A stretch of 64,000 nucleotides of DNA from Octopus vulgaris (GCA_951406725.2 OX597841.1:20584001-20648000); one strand, 5' to 3'. Counted from the first letter of the stretch, positions 1 through 14,385 are shown. Numbers and translations are program-made. The notes: generated by a model from the letters alone, not told the origin.

Positions 1-259
1 GACTGCAACCTCTTCGCAAATATATCATATTTTCAGTAAAATGTATTTACTGATCACCGAAATTAGAAATATTGAATTTCTAAATGTCTCAGAAACATAT
101 GTCTTCAGGTGCTTAGTCCCAGCTGGCGAGGGTGATTGTCTCCCCTTTGCAAATATAAGGACACAGAAAATGTGTCAAAGCCAACAGGAGACATCGATGT
201 TTCCCAGGGCTAAATGGCAGTGGTGTGATTCCCTTACGGGACTGTCACATTGAGTTGAC

Positions 260-579
260 AGTATACGACCACTATAAATTATAAATCAATATCTTGCAAG
301 ATATTGTTGCAGATATTTTGATTGAATTCCTGGCTTTTGGATTGATTCTTTTATGTCTCTCCAAAGTCTTTCAATGTTTCTATGTGTGCTATCTTCAAAA
401 TTGTTAGAGCAAGGTATTTCCCCATTATTGTTTCCATGTGGGCATATCACTATGTTTGGTAATACTCCATATGAATGAAGGAACTCAACTGACTTTTGAT
501 CATTACAGTGAAAAGTCCTGATGCATTCATAGTAATCAAAATTACAATTTTCAAAAGTATTGAAATTCTCCATTCTCAA
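260..579 (-). mobile_element. Merlin/ISXO2-like DNA transposase relic, internally deleted
   Basis: ORF 286..579 joins an N-terminal 'EFLHSYGVLPNIVICPH' segment to 'HRNIERLWRDIKE...YLQQYLARY', which resembles the C-terminal H(T)xxIExxW motif of Merlin transposases; the catalytic middle is missing. Confidence 0.55.
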
Positions 580-836
580 GCATTAGTTTCCAAATGTGAT
601 GATACCCAAAATGAAATGAAAGATACATTTCAAGTAAACCTCTCCATCGCCTTTTTCAACGACATAGATTATAATGATAAATAAAAAAACAAACCGATAG
701 TGTAAATTTTCCAACAATCTTCTCCCCACCCTTTCATAAAACATTTTCCCCCCACCCTTTCATAAAACATTTTCCCCACAAATTTCTTTATAATTGTAAT
801 CTATGCTGTTTAAGGTGTTTCTCTAAAATTTCATTG

Positions 837-3300
837 CAGTGTCGCCAATTTAGCCTATTTTATGCTAGATCCAGCATTTTTCTCAGCATTTAGCAGAACA
901 TTTTTGAATCTAGCATTTAGCAGGAAAAATAGCAGCTTTTACATTTTATTTAGCAATTTTTTTCTGATCAGGACATTTCCACAATAGTTACCCTTTTTTT
1001 CTTCTTTTTCCTCCTTTGCTACTTTTGTTAACGTATCTTACACCCAAATTTGAGCACTATTGGCTATTGTTGAATTTTTCTTTCACTTCCATGAAACTTC
1101 AAATGAATGTTTATCAAAAGGAAGTTTGTGAAGTTATGAACTTTTCCAGCCTCCCCTCCCACTGCTTCGATTCAGAGTGGTTCTGGTGGGGTGGGGGGAA
1201 GATAAATCATGTCAGTAACTGAACTCCCTACACAATAATGTAAATATGTTGCAAAGAATGAAAGCATGGAAATTTGTCCTAACACCACTTTATTCTGTAG
1301 TGATGAGTTTTTATCAGGACGGGTTGACTGATTTACTTTCAGTTTGACCGTTTTAAAACAGGCCTGTGTTTTTTCATGCTTGTTTTGGATCATATATCTT
1401 GTGTAGAAGTATGGGGGTGGCGGGGCCTTGCCCTTTATATTTCTACTTACTTTTTTTTCAAGTATTGTAGTTATATTTGTGGTTTTACCAATAGATATTA
1501 AATGTAAGATTGGAAGCAGAATATGATATTCCCAGGTTTATATCAGAACACAGTTTTAAGATTTCTGCAGATTTTACTTTTCCATTTCTAAGTTGGCCAC
1601 CCTGCATCCTGAATCAGTATTCTTCACCTCAAGAATTTGTTAGCAGCAAACATAAGAATTGTTGATGACGAATGAAAGAATTGTTAGCAGCAAACTGATA
1701 AGTTGTGTTTTCAGTTTTATATTTTTATTAATCATTCAATTTATTTTCTTGCTTCCCACTACATTATAATGAGAAAAGGAAAATGTTGTACTAGCAAAAA
1801 TTCCGAAAGGAATGGCTTAAGATGCCAGTGTTTACTAAGTGATTGTGTGAAGTACCGAGTGACCAATCTAAAGCACATTGCAGATATTGTAGATGTAATA
1901 TGTTGGCAAAATATTCTCTTTTAGTAAACCACTGTGAAGCATAGAAACAACTCCACAGCAAATGATTCCTCTTACCAATTTTATTAAAACCAAAAATGAT
2001 AAGACATCTATGCTTGAAGCAAATTTAGCAATGTTCATTTGTTGCCATTCATCATTTAATAAACTGTGGTCACTTAATAAAGTTATGTAAGAATTATATG
2101 TTAGTGATATTATATCCAAAGTGAAGTTGCATCATACAAAATGTGCAAATATCGTGAGAAATGTTCTGGTGCCATATTTTGATGGAGATTTAATTTCTGA
2201 TATAGGAGATGGAAAATTTAACCTGTTATTAGATGAATCCAATGATATATCGATAAACAAGTTGTTAGGAATTGCTATCATATATTATAGTGACACTCAC
2301 AGAAAAGTGGTACATACATATCTCAGTGTGGTATCTTTAGAAACATGTGATTCAGATGGCATTGTAGATGCCTTGAAAATTGAATTAGTGAAAAAGAAAT
2401 TAGATATAAAACATTTCCTGGCCATAGGAACCGACAATGCTAGAGGAATGATAGGAGTCAACAATGGTGTTTTCCAGAAATTAAAAGACGTTCCATCATT
2501 ATTTCTATTTAGAAGGGTGTGTCATTCTTTACAGTTGGCAGTATCCCACATTTGTGCTGAATGCCAGCCCATAAATTTAGAATTTTTATTATCCAAAACC
2601 TATAAATGGTCCTCTCATTGCCTACAAACAACTTTACCTTGCTATCAATGATAAAAAGAGCCTTTGAAGATTATGAATTTTTGTACAACTAGGTGGTCAT
2701 CAATAGAACCAGCTGTAAATAGAATTTGAAGCCAATGTATTGAATCCAAACTACAACTGCAAAAAAAAAATGCTTTCCGGCACAAACGTTCCATGAAATG
2801 TTTTGTGATTCTTGGAATGAATTTTATCTTTTATTTTTGCGTCCAATTTTAAAACATTTTCAGGAAGTGAATAAACTGTTTGAATCAAACACTGTCGACA
2901 AAACAAAATTACTTGCAGATCTTTCAAATTTGATCAAATCGGTTGCTAATATGATAGTGTTGCCAACATGTAGAATTGATCCTCTTGATCCTGATGCTTC
3001 TATTGAAACATTTCTGGATTCTAAACCAAATTTAAGCTACAGATTCGAGAGAAAGATAGCAGAAATGATTATCAAGAAGACTGTAACAGCCACAGAAGAA
3101 AATAATATTTGCAAACGAACACAATTTTTTATTCTGCCTTTACAAAGAGCTCAAGCACCGTTTGCCAGGAAATATTAATATACTGAGGAATATCAAATGT
3201 TTTTCAGTAGAAACTATTTTGAAGCATTTCAAAGAGCCAATTTTACCTGTCTTAGAAGCAATGCACTTAAATTCACTTTAATAGCATTCATTTCATTAAA
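837..3300 (+). mobile_element. Degenerate hAT DNA transposon (ZNF862-like transposase pseudogene ~1770-3300) with TIR-like ends nearby
   Basis: Frameshifted ORFs 2121..2651 and 2798..3178 carry LLLDESNDIS, GTDNARGMIGVNNGV and CHSLQLAV motifs; CAGTGTCGCCAA at 837 and TTGGCCACCCTG near 1592-1603 resemble hAT TIRs. Confidence 0.8.
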
Positions 3301-3309
3301 TGAACAGTC

Positions 3310-5636
3310 AGCTCCAATTTGCATCTGAGGGTCCATCAGTTTTCATCTAGTCTCCTCGGCTAATTTCTATGCCAAAAGTGACTTTGGAGTTCAAGTCGGT
3401 GGTGAAAAAGTCATGGGCAGAACTCACACCAGATGGTCAGTGCAGGTCGAGGATGTTGAAGACACTCCTTTCTTCTGCATTTTACCTCCTCATTCTGTTG
3501 TCTGTTCTGCTCAAAGGTGCATTGTGGATAGCAGTCCTCCAGATTGTCGTATCCATGACAATCTGTTCCCATAAGGATGGCTGGATGTTAGCTTGAGCCA
3601 AGGTGCATTTGAGCTGGTCATTAAAATGGAATTTCGGACCTCCTCTGAGTCTTGTTCCAATTGCACATTCTCTGTAGAGCATGATCCCTGGGAGACAAGA
3701 GGGCTCCATACGCTGGATGTGACCTGCCCAGTGGAGACAATGGTGAAGAATGGTGGCTTCGACGCTTGGTAGTGAGGCACAGCAAAGAGCCTCATGTTGG
3801 TAATGTGATCTTCCCATCTAATGATGTTGAGGATTTGTTGTAGCTTTGAATGCTGGAAGCACTCAGAGTGTTTGAAGTGATGGTGGTACAACGTCCTAGT
3901 CTCACAAGTGTAGAGTTGACTGGACAATAACATAGAAGACCGTGATCTTTGTCTGGATGGTCAATGTGTGATAGACGAATACACATTGGCTGAGTCTGCT
4001 GAAGGTGGAGTGGGCTGCCCCAATCCAGTTCTCCACATCCTTTGCATACATGGGGGCAGGTCTTCGAAAGGATACTGCCAAGGTATGCGAAGTGTTCAAC
4101 TTCTTCTAGGGGTTGGCCATTGATGCTAATGTTTATGGGTGGACTGATCTGGCCTGGTGCAGGTTGGATCAGTGTCTGAAGCATTCATAAGCCGTGTTGT
4201 AAAGATCAGCCATCCTTTGTAGACCGTCTACGGTCCAGCTCAGAGAGGCCTTGTCATTGGCATACTGCATCTCATGGACTGAGATGGTGGAGGTCCTTGG
4301 TTTTGCACGGAGACATGTAAGATTGAAGAGTCTGCCATCCAAGCGGTAGTACATGTTGACGGAAGGCAAGTCTAGTGGGATTTCATTGAACATGGCAGCC
4401 ATGTACAAAGAGAAACAGGTTGGTGCCAGGACACATCCTTGCTTAAGACCCCCAGTGATGGGAAACAGGTCTGTGAGGGCATTTTGATGGCATACCCTAC
4501 CCATCATGTCATCACAAAGGGAGCAGACCAGGTCAATGAAGTCCTCAGGACATCCAAACCAGGCAAGGACAGCTCACATTGCAGGATAGGGGATCTTATC
4601 AAAGCCTTTCTTTAGATCCCAGATGAACATTGCAGGCTACTGTTGTTCCTGACACTTCTTCTGGAGTTGACGAGCGCAAAAGATCATGTCGATTGTGCCT
4701 TGAGAGGGTCAAAAACCACACTGGGATTCAAGGAGGACATCTTCCACAAGGATTGGGAGGCGATTGAGTAGGATACGAGTGAAGATCTTACTTGTGATAC
4801 TCAGGAGATGCTCCGATAGTTGTTGCAATCCTCTCGGTTTCCCTTCTTGTAGATGGTGATGATAGTTGCATCACAGCAGTCGTTCGGTGGGAGGTGGGGG
4901 TCTTGCTTTCCCAGATCTTGAGGACAAGGAACATCAGAGGATTTCTCAGCTCAAGGCCTCTGTGCGTGAAAAATTCAAACAAGCTTTTGTCTGGTCCTGG
5001 AACTTTCTCTGGCTCCATGCACACAAGTGCTTTGTTGAACTCATGGCATGAGGGTGACAGGGACATCCAATGGCAGATGGGGAGCTGTGGGCTGTTTTGG
5101 AGGAGATCATCAGGAGTGCATGAGTGGTCGTTAAGTAGGCACTCGAAATGGGACTTCCAGCAATTGAGGATTCCCTGGGTGTTGATTATCATAGAGCCAG
5201 CTGTATTCTTCAGACCACCCACTGATGACCATGTGGGATCGAAGATCTTGGCTGTGGCATAAAAGCTGTGCAAGTCTCATTGCTCCGCATAGTCTTGCAT
5301 CTCCTCAGCCACCAGATGTTCTGAGCTTCTCGAATTCCTCGCTGGCATTCTGCTAATGCTTGCTGGTGTTTTCATTTGTTCTCCACAGTGGCATGGTTCT
5401 CTGGGGCAGGGTGCATCACGAGTTTGGCTTCGATAAGAGGAAGATGATTTCATCCTTCTCGTCAAACCAGTCTGGGTCCTTCTTCCAGGCAAAGCCGATT
5501 GTCTCTTCGGTGGTAGCGGTCATGGTTTCATGAAGGATGGTGCGAACCAGCAGGTTGGAGAATGAAGCCTTGACATCGTCTTCAGATGTGAGGGTTGCAG
5601 CATACACAGAGATCAGCAAAAGGAATCTGTCCTAAA
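3310..5636 (-). mobile_element. Degenerate RTE-clade LINE (family B, no PHD finger)
   Basis: Fragmented ORFs: GLKQGCVLAPTCFSLY, YRLDGRLFNL, QYAND (YADD site), LEEVEHFAYLGS, LHWAGHIQRM. Confidence 0.85.
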
Positions 5637-5639
5637 TCG

Positions 5640-6031
5640 TCTGTTTCACAACCTCTCACCTTCGGGTCCTCTCCAGGTCAAGAGTGACATTAATTGACCC
5701 CAGAGTGATGTACAGCCCTTGTCTGCAAGGAACTTGCTCACTTCAACATCAACGTGGCAGCCTTGAGTGAGACTAGGCTTCCCGGAGAAGGCAGCATCAG
5801 AGAAGCTGGCTCCAACTATGCCATCTTTTGGAAGGGGAAGAATCCTAATGAAGCACGCATCCATGGATTTGGCCTTGCCATCAAAACGCAACTCATGGAC
5901 CAACACATACTTGTCCCAACTGCCGTCAGTGAACATCTGATGACTATTTGGATACCACTCATTTAGGACAGATTTATGCTGATCTCTGTGTATGCCGCAA
6001 CCCTCACATCTGAAGATGATGTCAAGGCTTC
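5640..6031 (+). mobile_element. Inverted 5' segment (APE endonuclease N-terminus) of the adjacent RTE LINE
   Basis: ORF 5754..5966 AALSETRLPGEGSIRE...FWKG...HGFGLAIK followed by LISVYAATL; about 70 bp at 5961-6031 is the reverse complement of 5565-5636. Confidence 0.8.
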
Positions 6032-6179
6032 GTTACCTTTAGCAACAGAAAATAAAATTGCAATTCCCAATCTTTGTTAAAACCAGTTCTCTTCCTTCAG
6101 CATTCTCTTAGTCTTCTTTGACATGATGAATGGTTAAGATAAAAAGATCATGAATTCTCAAAAGCTTATTTTTCATAAA

Positions 6180-6586
6180 AGATGCCCCCTACCCCACATG
6201 CACCCATTAGTTGGAAGGCCATGGTAATATATAAAAAAAAAAAAATAGAACCCCCCCCCCCCCAAAAAAAAAAGAGAAATTCCAACTTTTCTGGGCTTCC
6301 TGATCCAAAACTCCTCTCCCCACACACTCGGAAAAAAATTTCCCAACAAATACCTTTATAATCTTAATCTATGCTGCAGTTTGAAAGGTATTTATGTAAA
6401 ATTTCAATAAAAAATACCCATTTTCAAAAACTCCTCTCCCCACCTTGGAAAATTTTTTCCAATAAATACCTATGAACCCTGAATGTACACTAAGTGGTAT
6501 TAGTTGAAATTTGTTAAAAAGAATCCATTTTTCTGACAGTTATGAGACAACAAAGTTGGGGGAGGAACAGAACCGTAGGAATGTCC
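6180..6586. mobile_element. Non-autonomous element related to the flank of the Merlin-like relic
   Basis: 6310-6410 resembles 720-835 (ctctccccac...tttataatNNtaatctatgctg...aaaatttca); terminal ggaatgtcc is complementary to ggacatttcc at 971. Confidence 0.35.
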
Positions 6587-7469
6587 AAATCTTTTACTTT
6601 TATTCATGTTTCTGCTCGCCTTTTATCATTTTTATTTTAACCTTAAATTGAAAACATGTAAATTACCAAAGAGTAACAAAAAATTCAACAAAAAATTCCT
6701 CCCTGACTGATCACGGCAATTAAAAAAATTACTAAGTTATGAGTATTATTTCAGCACCTGCTACAGTCATGCTTCAGTTCTAATGCAAGTCTAGAAAGTA
6801 ACATAACTTCCCCACCTGAACGGCAACAAAGTCGGGGGGTTTGGTATACATCTGGAGGAATGCCAAATATTTGTTCTACAAAATTTGGATTCATGTAACA
6901 GGCCACACAGAATAACCTAGAAGGTTGCTGGTTCCCAACTCCTGTCCGAATGCGTTGCAAAAACCGATAAAGCTGAAGACTGTTCATTGTGGACAGATTA
7001 AAATTATTGAAACCGAAGCAACTAGAAAATGAGTCAACCAACAGCTTGTGCCTCACCTCTCTATGAATTTCAAAAGAAGATTTGTCTCGGCATACACTGA
7101 AAAAGTAGAACTATTCTTATCAACTGGATCTAGTGAGGTAAAGAACAAGCTAAGGCCTTCCGTATGCTGATCACTCATCTTTTGGAGGCTCTAGTCTTGC
7201 AACCGTACTCAATGGAGATGAGCACTCTCACTGTAGGTGCATCCTTGATTGCAGCAGCTGGGCTGTTAGGAAGGACACCCAATAGCATTCATAAGCCACA
7301 CCTTATTCATAGCATTCATAAGCCAGGCACAACAAAACTGGTTGAACAATGAGAGAGAGGATTATGCAGTGGTATGGTGCATAGATAGACTGCGGCATTT
7401 CCTTCTAGGAAAGCAGTTGTATCTGGAAACAGATCACCAGCCTTTAAACGCAAAGGATTTAGATGCATC

Positions 7470-8600
7470 TCAATGTGCCTCACAAAAAAAGCCAGGTGGA
7501 GTTTGATCCTATCACAGTACGATTTTGTTGTTGTGTGTATTCTGGGTAAAAGTATTCCACATATCAATGCCCTCTCTCGATTGAAGTATGAGAATAACAA
7601 CAGTGACAGAATTTTCTTTGCTTTGCATTTAGACAAGTGCAACAGTGCATGGCAGGACATCGACCCCATAATGATGGAAGGCATCCCAAAACAACTAAAT
7701 GTAAACGCATTATATAACAAAATAAAAGAAAGAATTTTACAGCAAAATTGGAGATTCGTCTTGAATGCATTTGTTAAAAATCATCCATTTATTCCAGCAC
7801 CTTATAGAGCCACATTATTAGCTAAAATACACGACACACATATGGGCATTCAACAAACAAGAAGGCACCACTTTGTATTTGCTGGGCTAGGTTGACTTAC
7901 TCAATGGAGAAGTTTGTCAAATCGTGCAATAGTTGCCAGAGAGTTAGGCCAAATTTAGTAAAGGCAAATAATTCATGACCTATTTCTGGGCCCTGAGAAC
8001 ATGTGCATATGGACTGAGCAGATGTTCCATACATCAGTAACATACTCGGATTGAGGTATTCTTGTGTCCTAATCACTTGACTGAGGCAGTAAAATGCAAA
8101 CTGCTGGAGGTCTTTGCTCATTTTGGAGTACCCACAGCCTTAGTATCGGATAACGGGCCTGAATTTGTTGTGTTAAAGAATATATTGTCATCAATAGGTT
8201 GCAGAAAGATGGAGACACCTGCTTACAGTCCAGCATCTAACGGCACAAACTGTGAAAGCTGCACTGAAGCATTTTGATCTGAAGACAAGGAATTTTGGCA
8301 ACTACTTGAACAAAATTCTGTTCAACCATCGGAGTGCCTTGGGTGGTTGTAAATTATCACTGGCCATAAAGTTAAGACCATTGAGGGTTGCTGTAAACCT
8401 ATTCTTTGAAATGGGTGAGGATGTGATACACAAAACCACATTCAACAAGGTTGCATCCAAGGTAAAATATGTGATACATGCCAGAAAGCATATTGTATGG
8501 ATTAAGAAGGTGGGTCACCCACTGAAGTTAGTGACAGTTGAACAACTGGCCCCACTGAACACACAGGAACCAGAATTGAGCACAACACCATGCTGAGTCT
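7470..8600 (+). mobile_element. Gypsy/Ty3 LTR-retrotransposon pol relic (end of RNase H plus integrase)
   Basis: ARWSLILSQYDF...HINALSRL; HDTHMGI...CNSC zinc-binding motif; FAHFGVPTALVSDNGPEF...TPAYSPASNG core; multiple frameshifts. Confidence 0.85.
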
Positions 8601-9129
8601 GCAAAGATGTCTAACAGTGACAATGCAACCATATCAAGTCCCTGGGCTAGACATGACACCAACGCTGGAGCCATAGAAGAAATTGGAGCAGTCAAAGATC
8701 GAACACAAGAATTGCATCAACTCCTCAACTCCTGAAGTGAAGCACAAGAATTGCAGCAGGATATAAAAAGTCAAAACGCTTTGAGGAGCAATAATGTGAT
8801 AGTTGCATTGGGTTGCTGATTTGATACCCTGATATGTATACAGAACTCTCAAACAAAGTCTCATTCAACCACATGGAAATCACGAGAAGAGAACACTACT
8901 AGGAATGGTACAGCATGGTTCTCGAAAAGTGAGCTGTGTAACTTGCAATTACTAACATTCAACATTTGTCCTATAAGAGTGAAACACAACAGTCTGCGTC
9001 TCTGTGACCAAGAATGGACAGCAAAAGGTAATTGAGAGAATAAGTACCAGGGTTAATTTGATTGGCGCTCAAAATATTTAATATCTATGGTTATTTTATG
9101 TCAGTTGTGTATTTCAAGTTACACAAACA

Positions 9130-9335
9130 CATGAGGGGCCGCTGAAAAGTTCCTGGCTTTAAGGGTTTCGCGGAAGACCTGGGTTGGAGTTCCAGCCTTC
9201 TGAGTTCTTTTGTAAGGCTTACAAACATGAAGGACCACTGCAATAAGTATGTGAATCTGAGAATAAAATAAACTGATCCCCCCCTCCTGTATTTTCTTCT
9301 ACTCAAAGCCAGGACCTCTTCAGCATCCCCTCGTA
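9130..9335. mobile_element. Mariner-derived MITE
   Basis: About 30-bp TIRs: atgaggggccgctgaaaagttcctggcttt and aaagccaggacctcttcagcatcccctcgta. Confidence 0.7.
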
Positions 9336-9464
9336 TAATTTGAAGATTGGAAGAATTTTTGTTTCACTCAATGCCTCATCAAATATGGTGGTGTTTGTCT
9401 GTAGGGATGGGTACTGTAATATTTCAAGGAAAAATTGTATAACAGTTCTATGAAAAAAATGTTT

Positions 9465-9779
9465 TGGAATCATTGCTCATCCACCTTACTCTCCCGACCT
9501 TGCTCCTTCAGACTACCATTTGTTTCGTAGTTTACAGAATCATTTGGGGGACATAACTTTTGCAAGCCAGGAGGCGGTCAAAACTGACATTTCAGAGTTC
9601 TTTGGTTTGAAACCAAAAGAGTTTTACATTGATGGGATCAAAAAGCTTGTAAGTAGATGGAGGGAAGTCATAGATAATCGGGGAAAGTACTTTGATGATT
9701 AAATTTCAATTAAATATAACATTTGATCACTTGTTTTCTTTATTCAAAATTCAGACAGAACTTATGGGATGACCCAATA
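9465..9779 (+). mobile_element. 3' end of a mariner transposase plus 3' TIR
   Basis: HPPYSPDLAPSDYHLFRSLQN...GIKKLVSRWREVIDNRGKYFDD*, followed by ttatgggatgacccaata. Confidence 0.92.
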
Positions 9780-10941
9780 CTGTCACACTCTTTGTAGTTG
9801 CTAATCTCCTGATCAACTCTAGTTGTACAGACATTAGAATTCCAAGAATGTCTTCCAAAATTTATTTAGAATGGAGTTGGCGTTGGGGACTAGTAAAATT
9901 TTCCTTCTTTTGGCTTGAGTTAAAATAATTGATCATTACTGTCTGAAGGAATTGAGATAGTGTGGATTAAAGAAACATATTTTTCAAGGTACAGTATCAA
10001 ACTTATTTGAAATGATAAGCCCCTAAAATAAAAGAAATTCAATATTTCAAAAATTGCCTAAAACATTAAATGACTATAAAATCTGACTGTTAACAGCTAT
10101 GGAGCTAAAACTTTCAGGAATCATTCTTTTTATGGATACTAACAAATGATGAAAATTTGAAGAAAATTTAAGCACCTTCATGAAGGACCCTTATTGAATT
10201 TCACTGGAATGACTCAATTTATAATATACAAACAAAACAGCAATAACTGTAATATTTTGTCTCAAAGAAACTTCCAAAAGAAACTTTTGTGTTAAGAAAG
10301 ACACACCAACAGTATTTTGAAACAAAATATTGCAGTTAGTGCCATTCCACATTTGTACACATTAAAAATGTGTGAACATTTATATTTAGATCATATTTAT
10401 CTTTCAGTGCTACCCACACTGGTTTTGAAACAGTTGTGTGTGACATTGGAGAGATCTTAATGTTATTACAAGCAAGATGGAGTGGTCCTCTTTATAAAGG
10501 GTTACAAGGTTGCACAATGTTTGTGAATAAACTGTCTTGTAGTGGTTGTTCTTTTTCACTCCTGGGTCAATTTTGTTCAGACAGAACTATAGAGAAAAAG
10601 TGTGGTTTGAAGGAGATTCAGCTGCTATTTCTAGAAGCTTGAGATTTCAAGACCTTGGTGTGTACTGGTGTGTAGAGAAGATATGTTTTGAAACAAAAAA
10701 GAAAGATCAATGACCTGTAAGAACACTGTATTTCTTTATGCAACCATGATATCCTATTAAGTATATTAAACGTTTCCATAAATCATTAATACTAGGTTCC
10801 AACGTGTTAGCAGTGCTCTTACATCATTTGTAGAGGATATTTCTGTAGATTTTTTTCTAGAAATTATAGCCAGCAGTGATTTTGCTATGATGTTTTGCAT
10901 CTGAGATGCTTGATGCAAACAACAAAATCGAAGAGGACAAA

Positions 10942-11061
10942 AGAAGAGAAACAGGAAGTAGACAGAAGAGAAACAGGAAGTAGACAGAAGAGAAATAGGA
11001 AGTAGACAGAAGAGAAACAGGAAGTTGACAGAAGAGAAACAGGAAGTAGACAGAAGAGAAA
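10942..11061. repeat. Minisatellite, 22-bp unit AGAAGAGAAACAGGAAGTAGAC, about 5.4 copies
   Basis: Direct reading; near-perfect copies. Confidence 0.95.
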
Positions 11062-11131
11062 GAAAAAAAAACAAACAAAGAATTATTTTGAAAAAAGAAA
11101 TAAATTTAACTTGAAATTTTATATGTAAATA

Positions 11132-11847
11132 AAAGTCCCTTGAAAATATGAAAGGTACATAGAAAAAAATGGAATGTTATGATATATTGTTAGCCTGAAC
11201 AAAGTACTTGATAAAAAATAGAATTTAAGATATATAAAAAGACTAAACCTTGTATGGACAGGCTTTAAGTTTCAAAGCAAAACAAGTGTATTTCAAAAAT
11301 ACTATGAATCATCCCTTCATCAATGCTACCATCTTTATTCAGCCAGATGAGGTATGATCTACCTGAATAACAAACACTATACTGTGAGATTTGTATAAAG
11401 GAAAAGCGCACTCAATACACTGCAAAGAGTATGGTATTTATAAATGAATAGTTGTTGACTCCTCAACTTATTACTCAGTTTCTTTATTTATGGTGGATAT
11501 CTGAATCATAGCTTAGATGTGTTTCTGTCCCTTATGAAATTTTAGTAATGGATGCTTCAATAAACAAGTCTTCACTTCATCAGCACATGCATGTATGTAT
11601 ATATATATGCATGTATGTATGTATATATATGTGTATATATATATATATAGTGAGAATTTACAAAAAAATCAAAAGACGAAGATGGGTGCGTAAACAACAA
11701 ACAGATGTATTAGTTTAACGCTCAGGAAGTGAGAAAATATGAAAGGTACGTAGAAAAAATGGGATGTTACGATATATATGGTGTATATTGTTAGCCTGAA
11801 CAAAAACTTAAAGTACTTGATGAAAAATAGAATTTAAGGTATATATA
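11132..11847. repeat. Diverged ~105-bp direct repeat (11132-11236 and 11734-11847)
   Basis: gaaaatatgaaaggtac..agaaaaaa..ggNatgtta..gatata..ttgttagcctgaac..aagtacttgat..aaaatagaatttaag occurs twice. Confidence 0.85.
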
Positions 11848-12033
11848 CATAAATGTGTATGTATATATATATATATATACATACACAAACACACACATAT
11901 ATATATATATACATACACAAACACACACATATATATATATATACATACACATATACTTATACCTATATATATATATATATATACCTACATATATACACAT
12001 ACATATATATACACATACATATATATATATATG

Positions 12034-12089
<56 letters not shown>

Positions 12090-12127
12090 TATATGCACAC
12101 ACACACACACATATATATAGATATATA

Positions 12128-12323
12128 GTTAATCCAAACATCAAAAACACAACAATGCGAGGATGTGGAACAAGTATAGTGTTATTGGATGCTCAGGAAA
12201 GGAAAGAAAGAAGGAGGATTTAACATTTCGAGTGGAGCTCTTCGTCAGAAACATAGGAAGAGGAAAGATCCAAGGAAGGGAAGACGGAGGAAAAAATCGC
12301 CAACGATACACACGCGGTCACAT
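12128..12323 (-). mobile_element. About 195-bp PLE terminal-repeat-type mini-element with a hammerhead motif, flanked by (TA)n
   Basis: Reverse-complement homolog of 34494-34695; HHR core at 12218-12252. Confidence 0.7.
12218..12252 (-). ncRNA. Minimal type-I hammerhead ribozyme motif (PLE-type)
   Basis: Minus strand: GTTT-CTGACGA-A-GAGC-TCC-ACTC-GAAA-TG-TT-AAAT; helix III reduced to AA(C/T)GTT. Confidence 0.65.
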
Positions 12324-12599
12324 TATATATATATATATACATAAGCATATACACACATATATATACACATATTATGTGTATATAAATATATACATACATA
12401 TATATATACAGATACATATATATATATACATATATAATAACATATACATAAATATATATATACATACATATATATATATACATACATATATATATATATA
12501 TACATACATACATATATATATATATACATACATATATATATATATACATACATATATATATATATACATACATATATATATATACATACATATATATAT

Positions 12600-12646
<47 letters not shown>

Positions 12647-12647
12647 T

Positions 12648-12694
<47 letters not shown>

Positions 12695-12740
12695 CATATG
12701 CATTCATGGGTACAGGACGTCACCAATAGTAAATATATAC

Positions 12741-12781
<41 letters not shown>

Positions 12782-12851
12782 TATATATACATACACATAT
12801 ATATGTGCATTCATGGGTACAGGACGTCACCAATAGTAAATATATACATAA

Positions 12852-12882
<31 letters not shown>

Positions 12883-12955
12883 CATATATATATATACATA
12901 CATATACATACATATATATATATATACATACACATACACACACACACATATATAT

Positions 12956-13002
<47 letters not shown>

Positions 13003-13037
13003 CATACATATATATATATATATACATACACATATAT

Positions 13038-13119
<82 letters not shown>

Positions 13120-13125
13120 ATATAT

Positions 13126-13325
13126 ATCATCATCATCATCATCATCATCGTTTAATGTCCGTTCTCCATGCTAGCATGGGTTGGACGGTTCGACCGGGAA
13201 TCTGAGAAGCCAGAAGGCTGCACCAGGCTCCGGTCTTATCTGGCAATGTTTCTACAGCTGGATGCCCTTCCTAATGCCAACCACTCCGCGAGTGTAGTGG
13301 GTGCTTTTTACGTGCCACCTGCACT
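13126..13325 (-). mobile_element. 3' UTR fragment of RTE LINE family A ending in (GAT)n
   Basis: Reverse complement of 39075-39270 (aggaagggcatccagctgtagaaac...ggacgttaaacgatgatg). Confidence 0.9.
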
Positions 13326-13619
13326 GTAATACATATATGTATGTATCTATCTATCTATCTATATATATATATGTATGTATATATATATGTATCTATCTAT
13401 CTATATATATATATATATGTATGTATATATATATATGTATCTATATATATATATGTATCTATATATATATATGTATGTATGTATATATATGTGTATGCAT
13501 GTACATATACACGTGTACGTATGTACATATATATATATATACATATGTATGCATGTGTACATATATATATATATGTGTACACACATACACATATATATGT
13601 GTACACATACACATATACA

Positions 13620-13650
<31 letters not shown>

Positions 13651-14344
13651 ATGTATATATATATGTGTGTATATATATATATGTATGTACAAATCCATAT
13701 GTATGTATATATATATACATGTATATATCTATATGTATGTATATATGTGTGTATATGTCTATATATATGCATGGATATGTATGTGCATATGTCTATATAT
13801 ATGCATGGATATACATATATATATACATATATGTATATATTCATACATATGTATATATTTATATATATGTATGCATACATATATGTATATATCTATATGT
13901 ATGTATATATATATGTATATATCTATATATATGTATGTATATGTATATATCCATATATATGCATGCATATATATATATCTATATATATGTATGCATATAT
14001 ATATATGTATACATATGTATACATATATGTATGTATATACATATGTATGTATATATATGTATATGTATATATATGTATATGTATGTATATGTATATATAT
14101 GTATATATATGTATATGTATGTATATATATATATGTATATATATGTATATGTATGTATATATATATATGTATATATATGTATATGTATGTATATATACAT
14201 ATGTATGTATATGTATGTATATATATATATGTATATATATGTATATGTATGTATATATATATATGTATGTATATGTATACATATATATATGTATATGATG
14301 ATGATGATATATATGTATGTATATATCTATATATATGTATGTAT

Positions 14345-14385
<41 letters not shown>

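Noticed and set aside
6751-7096. Minus-strand 101-aa ORF with a plausible upstream acceptor (ttttttcag)
   Set aside because: No recognisable motif or partner exons; cannot be supported without a homology search or RNA data
10400-10920. Unique-looking sequence with short ORFs on both strands (similar at 14690-15010)
   Set aside because: No consistent frame or recognisable protein; ORFs 10766..11074 and 10857..11078 are inflated by the 22-bp minisatellite
12698-12840. Repeated 36-bp motif with spacers, superficially CRISPR-like
   Set aside because: Only two adjacent copies, spacers are microsatellite, no cas genes, eukaryotic context; the motif is an element terminus
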